The notes: a model not told the origin generated them from the letters alone. 64,000 nucleotides of DNA from Negaprion brevirostris (GCA_030324005.1 JARDVH010000150.1:22755822-22819821), one strand, 5' to 3'. Numbered from the stretch's first letter, positions 47,829 to 60,169 are shown. Numbers and translations: made by a program.

Positions 47829-49344
47829 ATTAGCTTATAAATTTAATTTTGAAGTGATATGAAGTTCATCCTGTATCACCAGCTAGTCCCTAACCTCCCA
47901 GCAAGGTGCTGCGTAGTGGAATATCCCAGGATGGCTGTACAATGTCTGCATAAATTCATTAGTAGTTTTCATTTCAGTATCCATGAGCTACTGAGGAGAA
48001 AGTCACTTCCATTATCAATCTAATTAGATTGTTGAGAGGCTGTTATCCAGAGACTAGAGAGTCCAGAGCCAAGGGTCACAATCTCAGAATAAAGGGTCAC
48101 GTGTTTAGGATGGGGATGAGGGGAAATTCTTACACTCAGAGGATTGTAGTTCTTTGGAATTCTCTAACTCAGACGGTTGTGGATGTTTAGTCTGTATGAC
48201 TGGTTAAAAACCCACTGCAAATAAAAAATTNNNNNNNNNNGCATCTGTGACCTTTGATTGTGCTGAAGTATGATCTCAGCAGGACCAATGAGAAAAGTCA
48301 ACTGAGGCACTTGGCCCAGACTGAGAATCTGAGAAAAGGCTGCTGGTCTATCCCCTCTAAAAAGTCTCACAACACCAGGTTAAAGTCCAACAGGTTTATT
48401 TGGTAGCACAAGCCACAAGCTTTCAAAGTGTTGCTCCTTCCTCAGGTGAGTGTTAATTCTGTTCACAAACAGGGCATATAAAGACACAATCTACCCCCTA
48501 CCAGTGATCGTCAGAATAGAACTAATTACCGTCAACCTTTCAGAAAGCAAAGTATAAACTACAAAAGCACCTGAAAGAGGGGAAGATATAAACTTGGAAG
48601 AGGTAATGTCTGAATGGCTCCAAAGACGAACAGCTAATGGCAGACCTGATAACAAAGACTAAGTGCAGGTGTGCCAGTCAACAAGTCATCCAATTATGGT
48701 CTTGATTAAATTATTTCAATACCAAAAAGACTTGTTTGAATCAAGTAACATCCATACATAATAATTATCTTTGTGCTAGCCTGTTGTATTATGCAAAATG
48801 TGGATAGGGTAGAATCACAGAATCCCTACAATGCATAAGGAGGGCATTCAGCCCATCGAACCTGCACCAACAACAATCCCTTCCAGGTCCTATCCCAGTA
48901 ACCCCACTTCTAACTCTGCTAGTCCCCCTGACACTAAGGAACAATTGATCATGTTCAATCAACCTAACCTATGGACTATGGGAAGAAACTGGAGCACCCA
49001 GAGGAAACCCACCTCACAGTGATTAGTTTATAAAATAAATTTTGAAGTGATATAGAGTTCATGCTGTATCACCAGCTGGTCCCTAACCTCTCAGCAAGAT
49101 GCAGTGTAGTGGAGTGTCCCAGGATGGCTGTGCAATGTCTGCATAAATTTATTGGTAGGTTTCATTTCAGGATCCATGAGCTACTGGACGAAAAAGTCAC
49201 TTCCATTATCAATCTCCCTTGCTGGGAGGTTAGGGATTTGCTAGTGATACAACATGAACTTCATATCATTTCAAAATTAATTTTATAGGACAATTACTGT
49301 GAGGTGGGTTTCCTCTGGGTACTCCGGTTTTCTCCCACAGTCCA
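47829..49344. repeat. Direct duplication (47829-48021 and 49022-49215) plus inverted fold-back (48972-49098 and 49218-49344)
   Basis: Shared ttttgaagtgatat..agttcat.ctgtatcaccagct.gtccctaacctc.cagcaag...agtcacttccattatcaatct; the inverted arm includes the adjacent SINE junction. Confidence 0.9.
48357..48489 (-). mobile_element. Penelope-like terminal fragment with intact hammerhead core nucleotides (copy 5)
   Basis: Minus strand 48448-48414 CAC-CTGAGGA-a-GGAG-caaca-CTTT-GAAA-gc-TT-GTG. Flanks tctatcccct (48347-48356) and tctaccccct (48490-48499). Confidence 0.72.
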
Positions 49345-50163
49345 AAGATGTGCTTGATGTTAGGTGGATTGGCTATAAATTGGACCTCAGTACAGAAGCA
49401 CTGAAGCAAAACTAGTGTAGCAACATTTGTTAGTAGCTAACTAGTGCTCGTACAGGGCAGCCTGCAACAACAATGAAACATACTGAGAATGTTGACAGGT
49501 GACGAGTTAACACCTTATGATAACAATAACAATTTTATGATAGTGCCCATTTAGTCACACACTCAGTTCACGCTATAAGCTGATAGGCCACATAATGGAA
49601 TCTGAAGGAATTTTGGAACTGCGAGCTTTGGGAGTCCAGAGGCCCCATTACTAAGTGAAGTGTAAGGATTTCAAAAAGATGGAGCAACTTTTGGCTTTTC
49701 GCCTTCTCAGAACCTCTTGAACATTTGGTTCTGATTCCTCTCTGAGTCAGAACGTTGTAAACAATCTTGTGGAGTGCGTGTCACTGGTTTCTTCCTCACA
49801 TAACAATACTAAATAAATTCATCAAATATTTTTCTGGAATGTACTATGAGAAAAATCACAAATATATGGCAGCCTGAATGCAAATATTCACATCAGATGC
49901 TCAGCCACACAACTATGGTATCATTACACAAAGCGGCCAGAGAAATTCTGTCAGAAAAATGTGAAATAAACGCAAATAGTGTGGATAGTGAAGAAAAATT
50001 AAAATNNNNNNNNNNNNNNNNNNNNNNNNNNNNNNNNNNNNNNNNNNNNNNNNNNNNNNNNNNNNNNNNNNNNNNNNNNNNNNNNNNNNNNNNNNNNNNN
50101 NNNNNNNNNNNNNNNNNNNNNNNNNNNNNNNNNNNNNNNNNNNNNNNNNNNNNNNNNNNNNNN

Positions 50164-50343
50164 TCGGGTGCTCCGGTTTCCTCCCACAATACAAAGATGT
50201 GCAGGTTAGATGGATTGGTCAGGCGGACTAGGAGGGTAAATAAGTGGGGTTAAAGGGCTAGGGCTGGGTGGGATTATGTTCGGTGCAGACTCAATGGTCC
50301 GATCGGCCTCCTTCTGCACTATAGGGATTTTATGAGTCTATGA
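50164..50343 (+). mobile_element. HE1 SINE 3' half next to a gap
   Basis: cgggtgctccggtttcctcccaca...ggtgcagactcaatgg...cttctgcactatagggatt. Confidence 0.8.
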
Positions 50344-50784
50344 ACTCTTTTTGCACAATGGTTCCGATAATTCTTTCTGACCGAACTGTCATGGTTGCTG
50401 AAAGTAACACATCTTATCTGTGGTTAAGTCAGTGTTTATTTAAGTAATTAAAGTTAGCCTAAAGTGTTTGCATGCAGATTAAACATAATAGAGGCTAAAT
50501 TTGATAACACCCCGAGACAGGTGCAGTGATCACGATGTGTGAATACCCTGCATTTGGTGTTTGCAACACAGGCAAAGTGCCAACTTCATGCTGCCTGCTT
50601 GTTCAGTGCTAACTACGCTGTTGACTGCTGGATGCTGGAGTATGGAGCCAATATTGTGAGTGGCTGGCACCACTTAAAGCTAACCTGCACATCTTAACAG
50701 GAAGGTATGCTGAAGCTGGAACCGATGCAAGCAGTCATACAGGAAGCAAATATTACCCTTGAGACATGAATAACAGCATAACCT

Positions 50785-51005
50785 GACGGAGAGCAGGCTC
50801 CAAAGTTTTTGGATACTGCACTAAAAGGCCTCCCATTGAGCAGTTGGATAGGAGGAAAGATGTCTTGAATCGACGGGGTCCAGAAAGCCCTCCAGATACA
50901 AACTCAGAAGGCAGTGGGAACAGAAAGCCATGGACACGGACGCTAGGAGTCAAGGACTTAGATATTGTGCCACATGATGTTCAATGACTTCAGCCAAGTG
51001 CTCAA
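50785..51005 (+). pseudogene. Frameshifted Myb/SANT-like DNA-binding domain, likely a PIF/Harbinger accessory ORF remnant
   Basis: Across frameshifts: EQAPKFLDTALKGL / EQLDRRKDVLNRRG / RKPSRYKLRRQWEQKAMDTDARS / RT*ILCHMMFNDF, matching the pattern APxF..RRxVL..WxxxAxxVNA.S..RTxxQCxKKFND of Harbinger-associated Myb/SANT domains. Confidence 0.6.
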
Positions 51006-52759
51006 ATGAATCTTCAAATGCTATATCCTACCAAAATGAACACTGCTCCATTCACCATTCCTCCACTGTAATTTTATTAACAATCTCTCATCAAATAGGA
51101 CTCATACAAGACATTTATATTCCTCACCCAGCACTGTCACATGTCTCGCCCTCTAACAGCTTATGTACATTGTCAGTTATTCAATAGAGAGTACTACACT
51201 CACAAAACATTTCCCCCTCTCTTGCAGGACTACATGGCATACAATCAGAAATAATACACCTAAATGGAAGGGTACAGGTACTCTTGCCTATCCTGACCCC
51301 TCTGGAGGGTACAATGTTGGCAATTATTGGGTTATTGCCAAGACTTTAGTCAAGGGTAGGGCTGAATCCAACAAAGGTGACAGTATCCTCAGACCTAATT
51401 TTTGTTCTGATGTCCCACATTCCATTCAACCCCAATCGTGTCTGGTTTCCAAGCTACAGATGGGGTAAGCGTGCACTTCTTACTTTCTCCTTTCCCACAC
51501 CTCAACCCTCCACCTGTGCCTTTCCCCTTCTAGATATCAAAAATTTGTCACCTGGCTTGGCAGTAGAGGAACAGCAATGATGAAGATGCACTGTCACTCG
51601 ATTTCAACTTGCAGTCACCAACTCAGATACTGACACTTTGCATAATTTAGAGGATAACCTAGTGATGAGATCTGCACATAATGAGATACTGGACACAAGT
51701 AACCTGCAGCCAAGACAGGTGCCATAGCACCAGAGGGAGAAGTCATGGGAGCCTTGAAGGGCTCCAATGAGCATTCCAGTGAAAAAATCTGATTTTTAGA
51801 TGCATTTCTCTATCAGTTCTGGGGTTAAAGCCTTTTCAAGATGGTCAATCTGCCTTTTCCCTGCCCCTTTCAAATGCTCTTTGCAGGTGAGGCAAGATGG
51901 CCACCATTACCATGTGACCTGTACAGCAATGCCAAGTCACTTTCCATCTAAGGCAAGACAGTTATCCAAGGTCTCCTTAACCCTGTAGTGATCAAAATGG
52001 TCAAGGCTGTTCACATTTCACAGTGGTTTATCTTTAGTGTCTTTGGATGCAATTTTACCTGCCGTTCATGTCACGCTACTACTGCAGCAAGGTTGGGGAA
52101 TTTGGCAGCCAACCAAATCTCCATTCACTGCAGTGGGATGGGAAAATCTCGTCAGTGTGAACAGTGGTAAGACTCCTGCCTTTGTGTTTGGAGGAAATGC
52201 CATCAAGTCAATGAGTTTTGTGTACTATTTTGGAACACTAATTGAACTTTCTATGTATATGTCTGAGGAATGTCAGGAGATAAAAGAAAGATAACTGAAA
52301 TCCACATTTCTGTCTTGTAGCCACTTTGAGAACAGTCTTTAAACTCAGTCCAAGATTTTTATTAATGAGATCTTCAAAATGATTTTTAAAAAATTATAAT
52401 ATCATAACTTCACACCTTAACATAACACAACGAAAACTATGCAAGTTCTGAGATTTAATGCTGGAACCTTTCAATCAATTGAATATGCTCTTCATTGTTC
52501 AAGCAAACTATACAAATCATGAATTAGCTGTTCATGAATGAGGCACTCCCCTGTACCTAATTGACAAAATGCTGTATATACCCGTTCCTGAATGATATTC
52601 AATGTATACAATGTATGTCTTCAAATTTCTTATTAAATAATAGACTAAACTTACCTTTTAGTATAACCTTGATCTGGCACAGTTGTCTTTGTTCTATTGA
52701 ACAAGTGGAGTACTACAAGGGAATATCTCTCCATGGTGACAGGATGGACAGGATGCTCA

Positions 52760-52930
52760 CAGAGGTGTTAGCCAGCATGAGAGTTTTGCTTTAATGTTAT
52801 GTCAGCTGTGCAGTGTCGGCATGCTTTGTTCACGTCTTTGGCGTCATGCAGGGCTCAGTGGCAGTTATCAGACGTTGGTTCCTATGGTTACAGCTGAGCG
52901 GTCACTACTGCGTGCAGCTGTTTGAATGTT
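52760..52930. promoter_or_regulatory. Candidate intronic enhancer
   Basis: Apparently non-repetitive and CpG-retaining; CAGCTG at 52803, 52891 and 52915; RFX X-box-like GTTCCTATGGTTAC 52878-52891; CRE half-site CGTCA at about 52842. Confidence 0.35.
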
Positions 52931-53329
52931 TTTCAAATGTCAATGGCTTTTACGAATGTAATTCCACTCAGAATGTTACCTCGTGTCTGGAATAGATTGT
53001 TGCATTATTAGCCACGCTGGTTGCACTGGATTTATAATTTCTGAGGTGTGTTTGAGAGAATTCCCTGATTATCAGAGCAGTTATACCACATACTTTGTGT
53101 CTATGTGCAGCAGTTTTGACTTTGGATCTGTCAAGATTTGCAAAATATGTAGTGCCATTGATGTATGAAGTCAACCTGATTGCTGCTTAATGGTATGCAT
53201 AGTATATAACTCAGCTTCATGTTTGCTGCCACTGCGAAAACTCTGAAGCACATTTTAAAGAATTTTAAGCATAAACTGTTAAACATTATTAATAAAGCAA
53301 TGGACAAGGTCATTCTATCTTATGTAGGC

Positions 53330-53678
53330 CACATATTGTTAGCAGTGCTGCCTCACAGTGTCAGGGACACAGGTTCGAGTCCACCATAGGTGATTGTCAG
53401 TGTGGAGTTTGCACATTTCCCCATGTCTGTGTGGGTTTCCTCCAGGTGTTCTGGTTTCCTCCCACAGTCCAAAAGTGTGCAAGTTAGATGGATTGGCCAT
53501 GCTAAGTTGCCCCTTAGTGTCCCAAGATGTGTAGATTAAGTGGATTAGTGGGGTATATGCACGGTGTTACGGGGATAAGGAGGGGGTAGGGCCTAGGTAA
53601 AATGCCCTGTTGGAAAGTCAGTGCAGACTTAAGTGGCTGAATGGTCTCCTTCTGCACTGCAGGGATGCTATGATTCTG
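53330..53678 (+). mobile_element. HE1/V-SINE-type SINE
   Basis: gttagcagtgctgcctcacagtg; gggtttcctccaggtgttctggtttcctcccacagtcc; tail cttctgcactgcagggatgctatgattct. Confidence 0.85.
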
Positions 53679-54337
53679 TACATAAATTAAAACAAACCTT
53701 CATAATTGTATAGCATGATTTCACATCAATGAGGCATCTGAAAGCAGTCACACAATGAGTTATTTTTCAGGTACAATTACTTTAATGTGGGAAAGCACCG
53801 TCACACCCATTCCACATCAATAACATCTCACCAAAACTCATGAACTGAACATTCAGTTAGTCTGCTCCATTTTCTCCCTGGAGTGCTGAAGGAGGAATGT
53901 TGCTGAGGGATGCATGGACTTTCCTGCTCATTCTGAGTAATATTCTGACATTGGAAACATCTTGGATTGAACCTTTAATGCGATAAAATACCCTGAAGTG
54001 CTTCTTCAGAGCAATAATAACCTGGCAAGGGATCAGAGGATTAAACTGACCAAAAGCATGACCAGCAAGCTGAATCTGAAGAGGTTTGTGAAGAAAAGGG
54101 TAAGAGGGAGTGAGGCAGAAGAATTTAAAGAGCATGGGGTCTACACGATTGAGGACTGCACAATCAGGAAAGGAGAAGCAGTAATTCTTCATTGTGAGTG
54201 GATGAAAATTCTGGAACTCCCTGCAGGAATTTCTTCAAAACATAGCATGCACTGATTCAAGAAGGTAGCTCAGCGTCACTTCATCCAGGGCAACTGATGT
54301 GGGTAATAAATAGTTGCTGGGCCTTGCTAGAGATACG

Positions 54338-54615
54338 AACATAAGAACATAAGAAGCAGGAGCAGGAGTAGGCCATCTAGCCCTTCCAGCCTGCCCCGCC
54401 ATTCAATAAGATCATGGCTGATCTGAAGTGGATCNNNNNNNNNNNNNNNNNNNNNNNNNNNNNNNNNNNNNNNNNNNNNNNNNNNNNNNNNNNNNNNNNN
54501 NNNNNNNNNNNNNNNNNNNNNNNNNNNNNNNNNNTTCCACTCATCTTCGTGTCATCAGCAAATTTCATCACCCTACACTCAGCCCCCTCCTCCAGATCAT
54601 CTATATAAATGATAA
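54338..54615 (-). mobile_element. Young CR1 LINE spanning a gap
   Basis: Minus strand IYIDDLEEGAECRVMKFADDTKM (RT FADD motif) and tail aacataagaacataagaa. Confidence 0.9.
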
Positions 54616-56959
54616 ACATGACCATGCCCTGATTTTTTTCAAGTCAAAGGAGAAAGAAGAGGGCACAATGACATAACAAGAGTTTTCAAATCAATCTTTG
54701 GAGTTAGGGGACCAATGAATATTGGTGAGGCCAGGGTGTCAGCAAAATAGACTGAATGCAGTGGTGGATGTAGCAAATGGCATTTTGTAACTGTTGCGAT
54801 TTGCAGAACCCATGAGAATAACACAAAAAAAATTGGAATAATCAAATCTGACAGGAGCCAGAGTTTCATTAACAGTGAGGATGAGTTGGAATAGAAGCAA
54901 AAAATGAAAGTAGAAATATGTGGTCTTCGTGGTGGCAAAGAATGTGTAGATTGAAGCTCAGCTCAGGGTGAAACAGGAAACTGCGGGTGCAAAGCAATGG
55001 ACTCATTCTGGGTAAGTGATGCAAACTATTATGGATAAAATAGCCAGATGGCAAATGCAATGTAACAAGGAAAGCACAAGATAATGGATTTAATTTTTTT
55101 GGCCCCATGGTGGTGGTGGGCTTGGAGCTGAGAAGCCGGTAGAATTGCAGGCAGTTGCATCAGAACGACAATGCGTTGTTACCAGTCAGGAACTCCCAGG
55201 GAGTAGGCTTGCTACCCACTACATAGAAGTGAGAAGCCAATTTGCCTTAACAATTAGAGTTATTTTTTGTGGCGCTTCAGTTATTTTGTCAGCAGAAGAG
55301 TGTCCCTGGCACCTCATGTGGAGGCCATAATGTCAATGAAGGTAGCCTTCCTGTCGCAAGGATTGAGAGCTGGAGGCCCCATGCAGCCAAGACGGGACTG
55401 TGCATATAAAAGACCACGGTTGTGGCTATAACCCATTGGCGGAGTTTTCCGTCCAAAATCTGTTGACTTACTCGTCCATAACGTGCAACCCAGCAAGCAT
55501 CTCCATGACGAGGTATCCTCTTGGTGTCCAACCTGTCTCAGCAACACCCATCTCACCTCGAGGGGCAGCCCGAGAGGTGCTTGCCTTCCAATTGGGCCAG
55601 CAGCATTGAGAACCCGCTCATCATCCTTAAGAAGATGGTGAGGCTGCATCTGTGAAGATCGCTCTGCTACTCTTGGGAAGTACAGTTTTGGGAAACTCAT
55701 TTGGTCCCAGAGCTGGTACCCTGAAGCTCATAATAAAAATCCAGTGCAATACAGTTTGGTTGGAAAATATATAGAAATGGCTCAGTGAGAAACATGGAAA
55801 GATTGGATGAACGGCTAGCCATGTGGCTCAAATACATAACTGATTGAATGTGGCAGTGCAGTGCATTTTGAATTTGAAAAATGGGTCCCAGAGTACAAAA
55901 GCAATAAACTTGTACAATGGATTGCATTAGGCAACAATTAGAATACTTTATAATTTTGAACACTTCATTAAAGGAAGACCATCGATAATGTAGAACACAT
56001 ATAACATTCATTCGCCAGCTTGATAGCATAGACAACAAGAATCTATACTGATGAGGAGATACTTCAGAAAATAAGATTATTTCCACTGTATCAGAGAATA
56101 TGAGGAAATTTAATAAAGAATCATACTTTTATTTATGGCTTTAAAGATTATGGCGATCAGAGGATGGGCAGCCAACCTCTATATTCTGATAGGCTGGCAG
56201 TTGACAAAGACATGGATGAGCGTTTCAGCAGCAGACAGGCTGAGTGTTTTGGTCACCGAAATGAAAGTATTGGGAATGTTTGTGATCAGGATGACATGGG
56301 ATTAGATATTAGGCTTGGGGTAGAGTATTGAAAACAATTTAGCTCAACCTGAGACCAATGGCCAGGGATGAAGATGGGATCGGTGCTTAAGGTATGGCAC
56401 TTGCAACATGAGGCAAGAACGATGGCTTTGGCCTTCCCAATATTTAAAAATGTGAGGTGAGGTGAGGTTAGGTTAGGTTAGGTTAAAGGAAATTTCTTTA
56501 AGGATAGTTAATGGAGAATGGCATGCGTTGCTTCAGGGAATATCTAAAGATCTTACTGCTGACTTTGGGAAAAGTGCTTAAATATTTAAAGTCCAGGAAA
56601 GTACAGGGCTATGAGGAAGCTACAGGGCAGTGTTATTCGTTTTGGAATATTCCAGCAAACAACTGACATGTTTATTGCAGGCTGCATGATTACCTTCTGC
56701 GCTGTCAAAGGAATTTGCATCTAAAATATCATGCTTTTAGTACGTACCAAACAAGTTGGTTTTGATCTTTCCAAAGTTAAGGTTTTTTCCAAATCCATAA
56801 TGTGCCATCAGGACATCTTGGAAGAATTTATCACTCAAGGAACAGCATCTCTGACAATGCATGCTCCTTCAATGATTCACAAAATTGTTAGCTCATCTTT
56901 GCAACTCAGACCTGCCATCCTCTGACCTCAGGTACAAAGCTAATTGGAAATGTGAAGTA

Positions 56960-57860
56960 TGTGGAAAACACAAATAAGCTGTTGAGCGTTATAAATAGGT
57001 TAAGTGTTTAACAGCAAGATGGTGAATGGAACATAATACAGGCAAGTTGTTAAGTTCAATACTAGAATATGGTAGAGGAATGATACAGAGGAATGACACA
57101 TCCAGCAAGTTTATTTTTCAAACAGTTCAATAGAGTACCAATCTCCTAATGATTGCCCAAACCCAAATGTTTCAGCCATGTCCATTTATAGTCTTTTTCA
57201 AGGTTGAACCAGTGGTCATCATCTGTCTGCAGTTGCAAGGGTTGCAATTGCTGATACATTGATAAAGTGTGAGGATATTCACTTTGGTAATGTGAACAGA
57301 AAAAGTTAAAAAAAAGAATTAAACTTTTAAATATTGATATTGAGAGATACTCGGGTTTTTGGGTAAGGAATTTAGATAATTACTTGCTGCACCTGCAACT
57401 AACTAAGATGGCAAATGGCATGTTGGCCTTTATTACAAAGGGACTGGATCACAAGAACAAGAAAATCTTGCTACACTTGGACAGGACTTTAGCAAGATCA
57501 TACCTAGAGTACAATGTGTTGTTTAGATCTTCATATCTAAGGAGGGAGATGACATAGCAAAGGTTCACTAGATTGGTTCCTGGGATAAGAGAGTTGTCCT
57601 ACAATGAGAGACTGAGGAAACTGAACTTACATTCTTCCATTAGAAGATTGGGAAGTGTCAACATTCTGAAGTGCTTAGCAGGATAGGCATTAAAAAGACT
57701 GTTTTCCTTGGTTGGAGAATTTAGGGGCACAGACTCAGAATAAGTGTTGTGCCATTCAGGACTGAAATGAGAAGACACTTCTCCACTCAATGAGCCGTGA
57801 ATGTTTGGAATTGTCTACCACACTGAATATATTCAATGCTTGGGTAGATAGATTTCTCAT
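56960..57860 (+). mobile_element. Decayed CR1 ORF2 3' region
   Basis: gataaagtgtgaggatattcactttggta; ggcaaatggcatgttggcctttattacaaagggactgga; aggttcactagattggttcctgggat; ggactgaaatgagaaga. Confidence 0.7.
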
Positions 57861-57869
57861 GGATCCCAC

Positions 57870-58091
57870 TCAGGCTCACAGATTTACCCTGCTAATCTTC
57901 CTGACACCAAGGGGCAATTAAGCATGGCCAATCAACCTAGCTAGTCTATGGGTGGAAACCGGAGCACCCGGAGGAAACCCATGCACACATGGAGAGAATG
58001 TGCAAACACCACATAGACAGTAACCCAAGACTGGAATTGAACCTGGTTCCCTGGTGCTTTGAGGCAGCAGTGCTAATCACCGTGCCGCCCT
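57870..58091 (-). mobile_element. HE1/V-SINE-type SINE
   Basis: ggaaaccggagcacccggaggaaacccatgc...gaggcagcagtgctaatcaccgtgccgccc. Confidence 0.82.
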
Positions 58092-58436
58092 TGAGGCACA
58101 TGATAAACCTGAATGGCAAAGCAGACTTGAGAGAATGTATGGTCCACTGCTGCTCCTTGTATTTATGTTCTAAAGTCAAGACTGATGTTATCGAGACAAT
58201 CTGACACCTAATGTAATAAATAGCACTGTATTCAAAAGGCTTATTATCTTAACTTGGAAAGTTGGGGTTTATGAGAAATCAAATTTAACCCGACAACATG
58301 TCAGTGCACAACTGTGACACTGTGTAAACATCCTGCTGATGTTTTCCTTTGTATGAAAGTAAGCTAGGGATTTTCACATTACCATCGGATGCTTTCATAT
58401 CCAGTGTTTACAATGAACTAAATTGGAATCAGAGTA

Positions 58437-58754
58437 AAATCATAGAATCCCTACAGTACAGAAAGAGGCATTCAGCCCATCAAGCCTGCACTGACAACAA
58501 TCCCACCGAAGCCCTATCTCCTTAACCCCATATATTTACCCTGCTAATCCCACTGACACTAAGGGGAAATTTAAGTATGGCCAGTCGACCTAACCCACAT
58601 ATCATTGGACTGTAGGAGGAAACTGGAGCCCCGGAGGAAACCCACAAAGACACAGGGAGAACATGAAAATTCCACACAGACAGTGATCCAAGGCCAGAAT
58701 TGAACTTGGGTCCCTGGTGCTGTCAGGCAGCAGTGCTAACCACTATGCCACCAT
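58437..58754 (-). mobile_element. HE1/V-SINE-type SINE, near full length
   Basis: aatcatagaatccctacagtacaga...ggaggaaactggagc...ggcagcagtgctaaccactatgccacca. Confidence 0.88.
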
Positions 58755-60169
58755 AATACTCAAGTTCTGAAGGACAGTCAGCAATGGGAAGGAGGGGGTT
58801 TATTTTTGTTGGTCAATAGTCATCGAACCTATTATGTTCTTTCATGGGTTACTTGGTTTTGCTATGTTACCATAACCCATCTGATTTCTTTACAGACATT
58901 CACCTTCTGTGAATCCTCACTGTTTATACTGTAGACATATTAAGTGGTGAACTGCTGTTGGCCTGAATCCCATCTTCCATCAAGCAGCATATAACACATA
59001 ATAACACATACATCTATTATTGTCTAATTAATTTTATTGTACTGAAATCTGTGAAAATTCAACTCTTGTCATTAGAATTTTGCAGATAGTTAATTTGGAG
59101 TTGATGCCTGATTTCTACTGCACTGGAATGCCGACGAACCTGAACAGCCATCCACGAGTCTTATGCTCNNNNNNNNNNNNNNNNNNNNNNNNNNNNNNNN
59201 NNNNNNNNNNNNNNNNNNNNNNNNNNNNNNNNNNNNNNNNNNNNNNNNNNNNNNNNNNNNNNNNNNNNNNNNNNNNNNNNNNNNNNNNNNNNNNNNNNNN
59301 NNNNNNNNNNNNNNNNNNNNNNNNNNNNNNNNNNNNNCACTACATCCAAGGCAGCTGGTAAATCGGCAGTAATATCTTGAGTTCACGGTTCACCATTCGG
59401 ACTGCTTGGCTTTGCACACCCTCATTACCAGCACAGAAGCCTGGTATACAGCAGTTTAAAAAAAAGCATGGAAAAGAGTCATTTATGTTAATGTAAAAAA
59501 ATAGTGAAATGATTGATGGCTCAAACATTAATACTCTCAGTTCTTAACATGTGCGAAACACCATATCGATCCATTCTCCATCAATCTGTTAGCTCCTTTT
59601 CCTAGTAAGCAGCCTATGAATATTACTGCTTACAGAGGAAATAAATATTTTGTGTTACTACGTTATTTTAGTACTCTAGAGTATTGCAATAATGGCAGAA
59701 CACAGGATATTGTCAATTAGATAAAGTGTGCTGTGAAAAACTGAGTTACTGTAATATGACAAGGAAGTCGCAAAGCCTCCTCTGGTTCTTAAATCACTAT
59801 AACAGAAAGCTGTTTTCTTAAAAACATAATTTTTGTCCTGATCAATAGGTCATAAAATGTTTTTCAGGTAACCTAATTGCCAAAATTCCTGTTCCAATCA
59901 CTCAAGTACAAGCTGACTGAATCAATGCATGAATCAGCACACAGATAGCTAAGAACAAAACTGACCCATTTGGTATGTGAAAGTAGCTAGATGTTGAAAG
60001 ACAGTGCAATTTTTCTCTGTAAGAAGAAAAATATTATTCAGTGGACTTTTCTGATGTTATCTGCCAAAAATGTACAATATTGCAAGAGGATTTCCGTGTG
60101 GCGTTTGTAACATTATAAATACAAGAATTTGCATTAATATCACACCTCTAACATAATTAAACATTACCA

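Noticed and set aside
55400-55480. FGRKTPPMGYSH resemblance to hepadnaviral polymerase
   Set aside because: No YMDD or other RT motif follows; likely coincidence.
56452-56486. (GTGAG)n/(GTTAG)n run resembling telomeric repeat
   Set aside because: Very short pentamer microsatellite, not TTAGGG.
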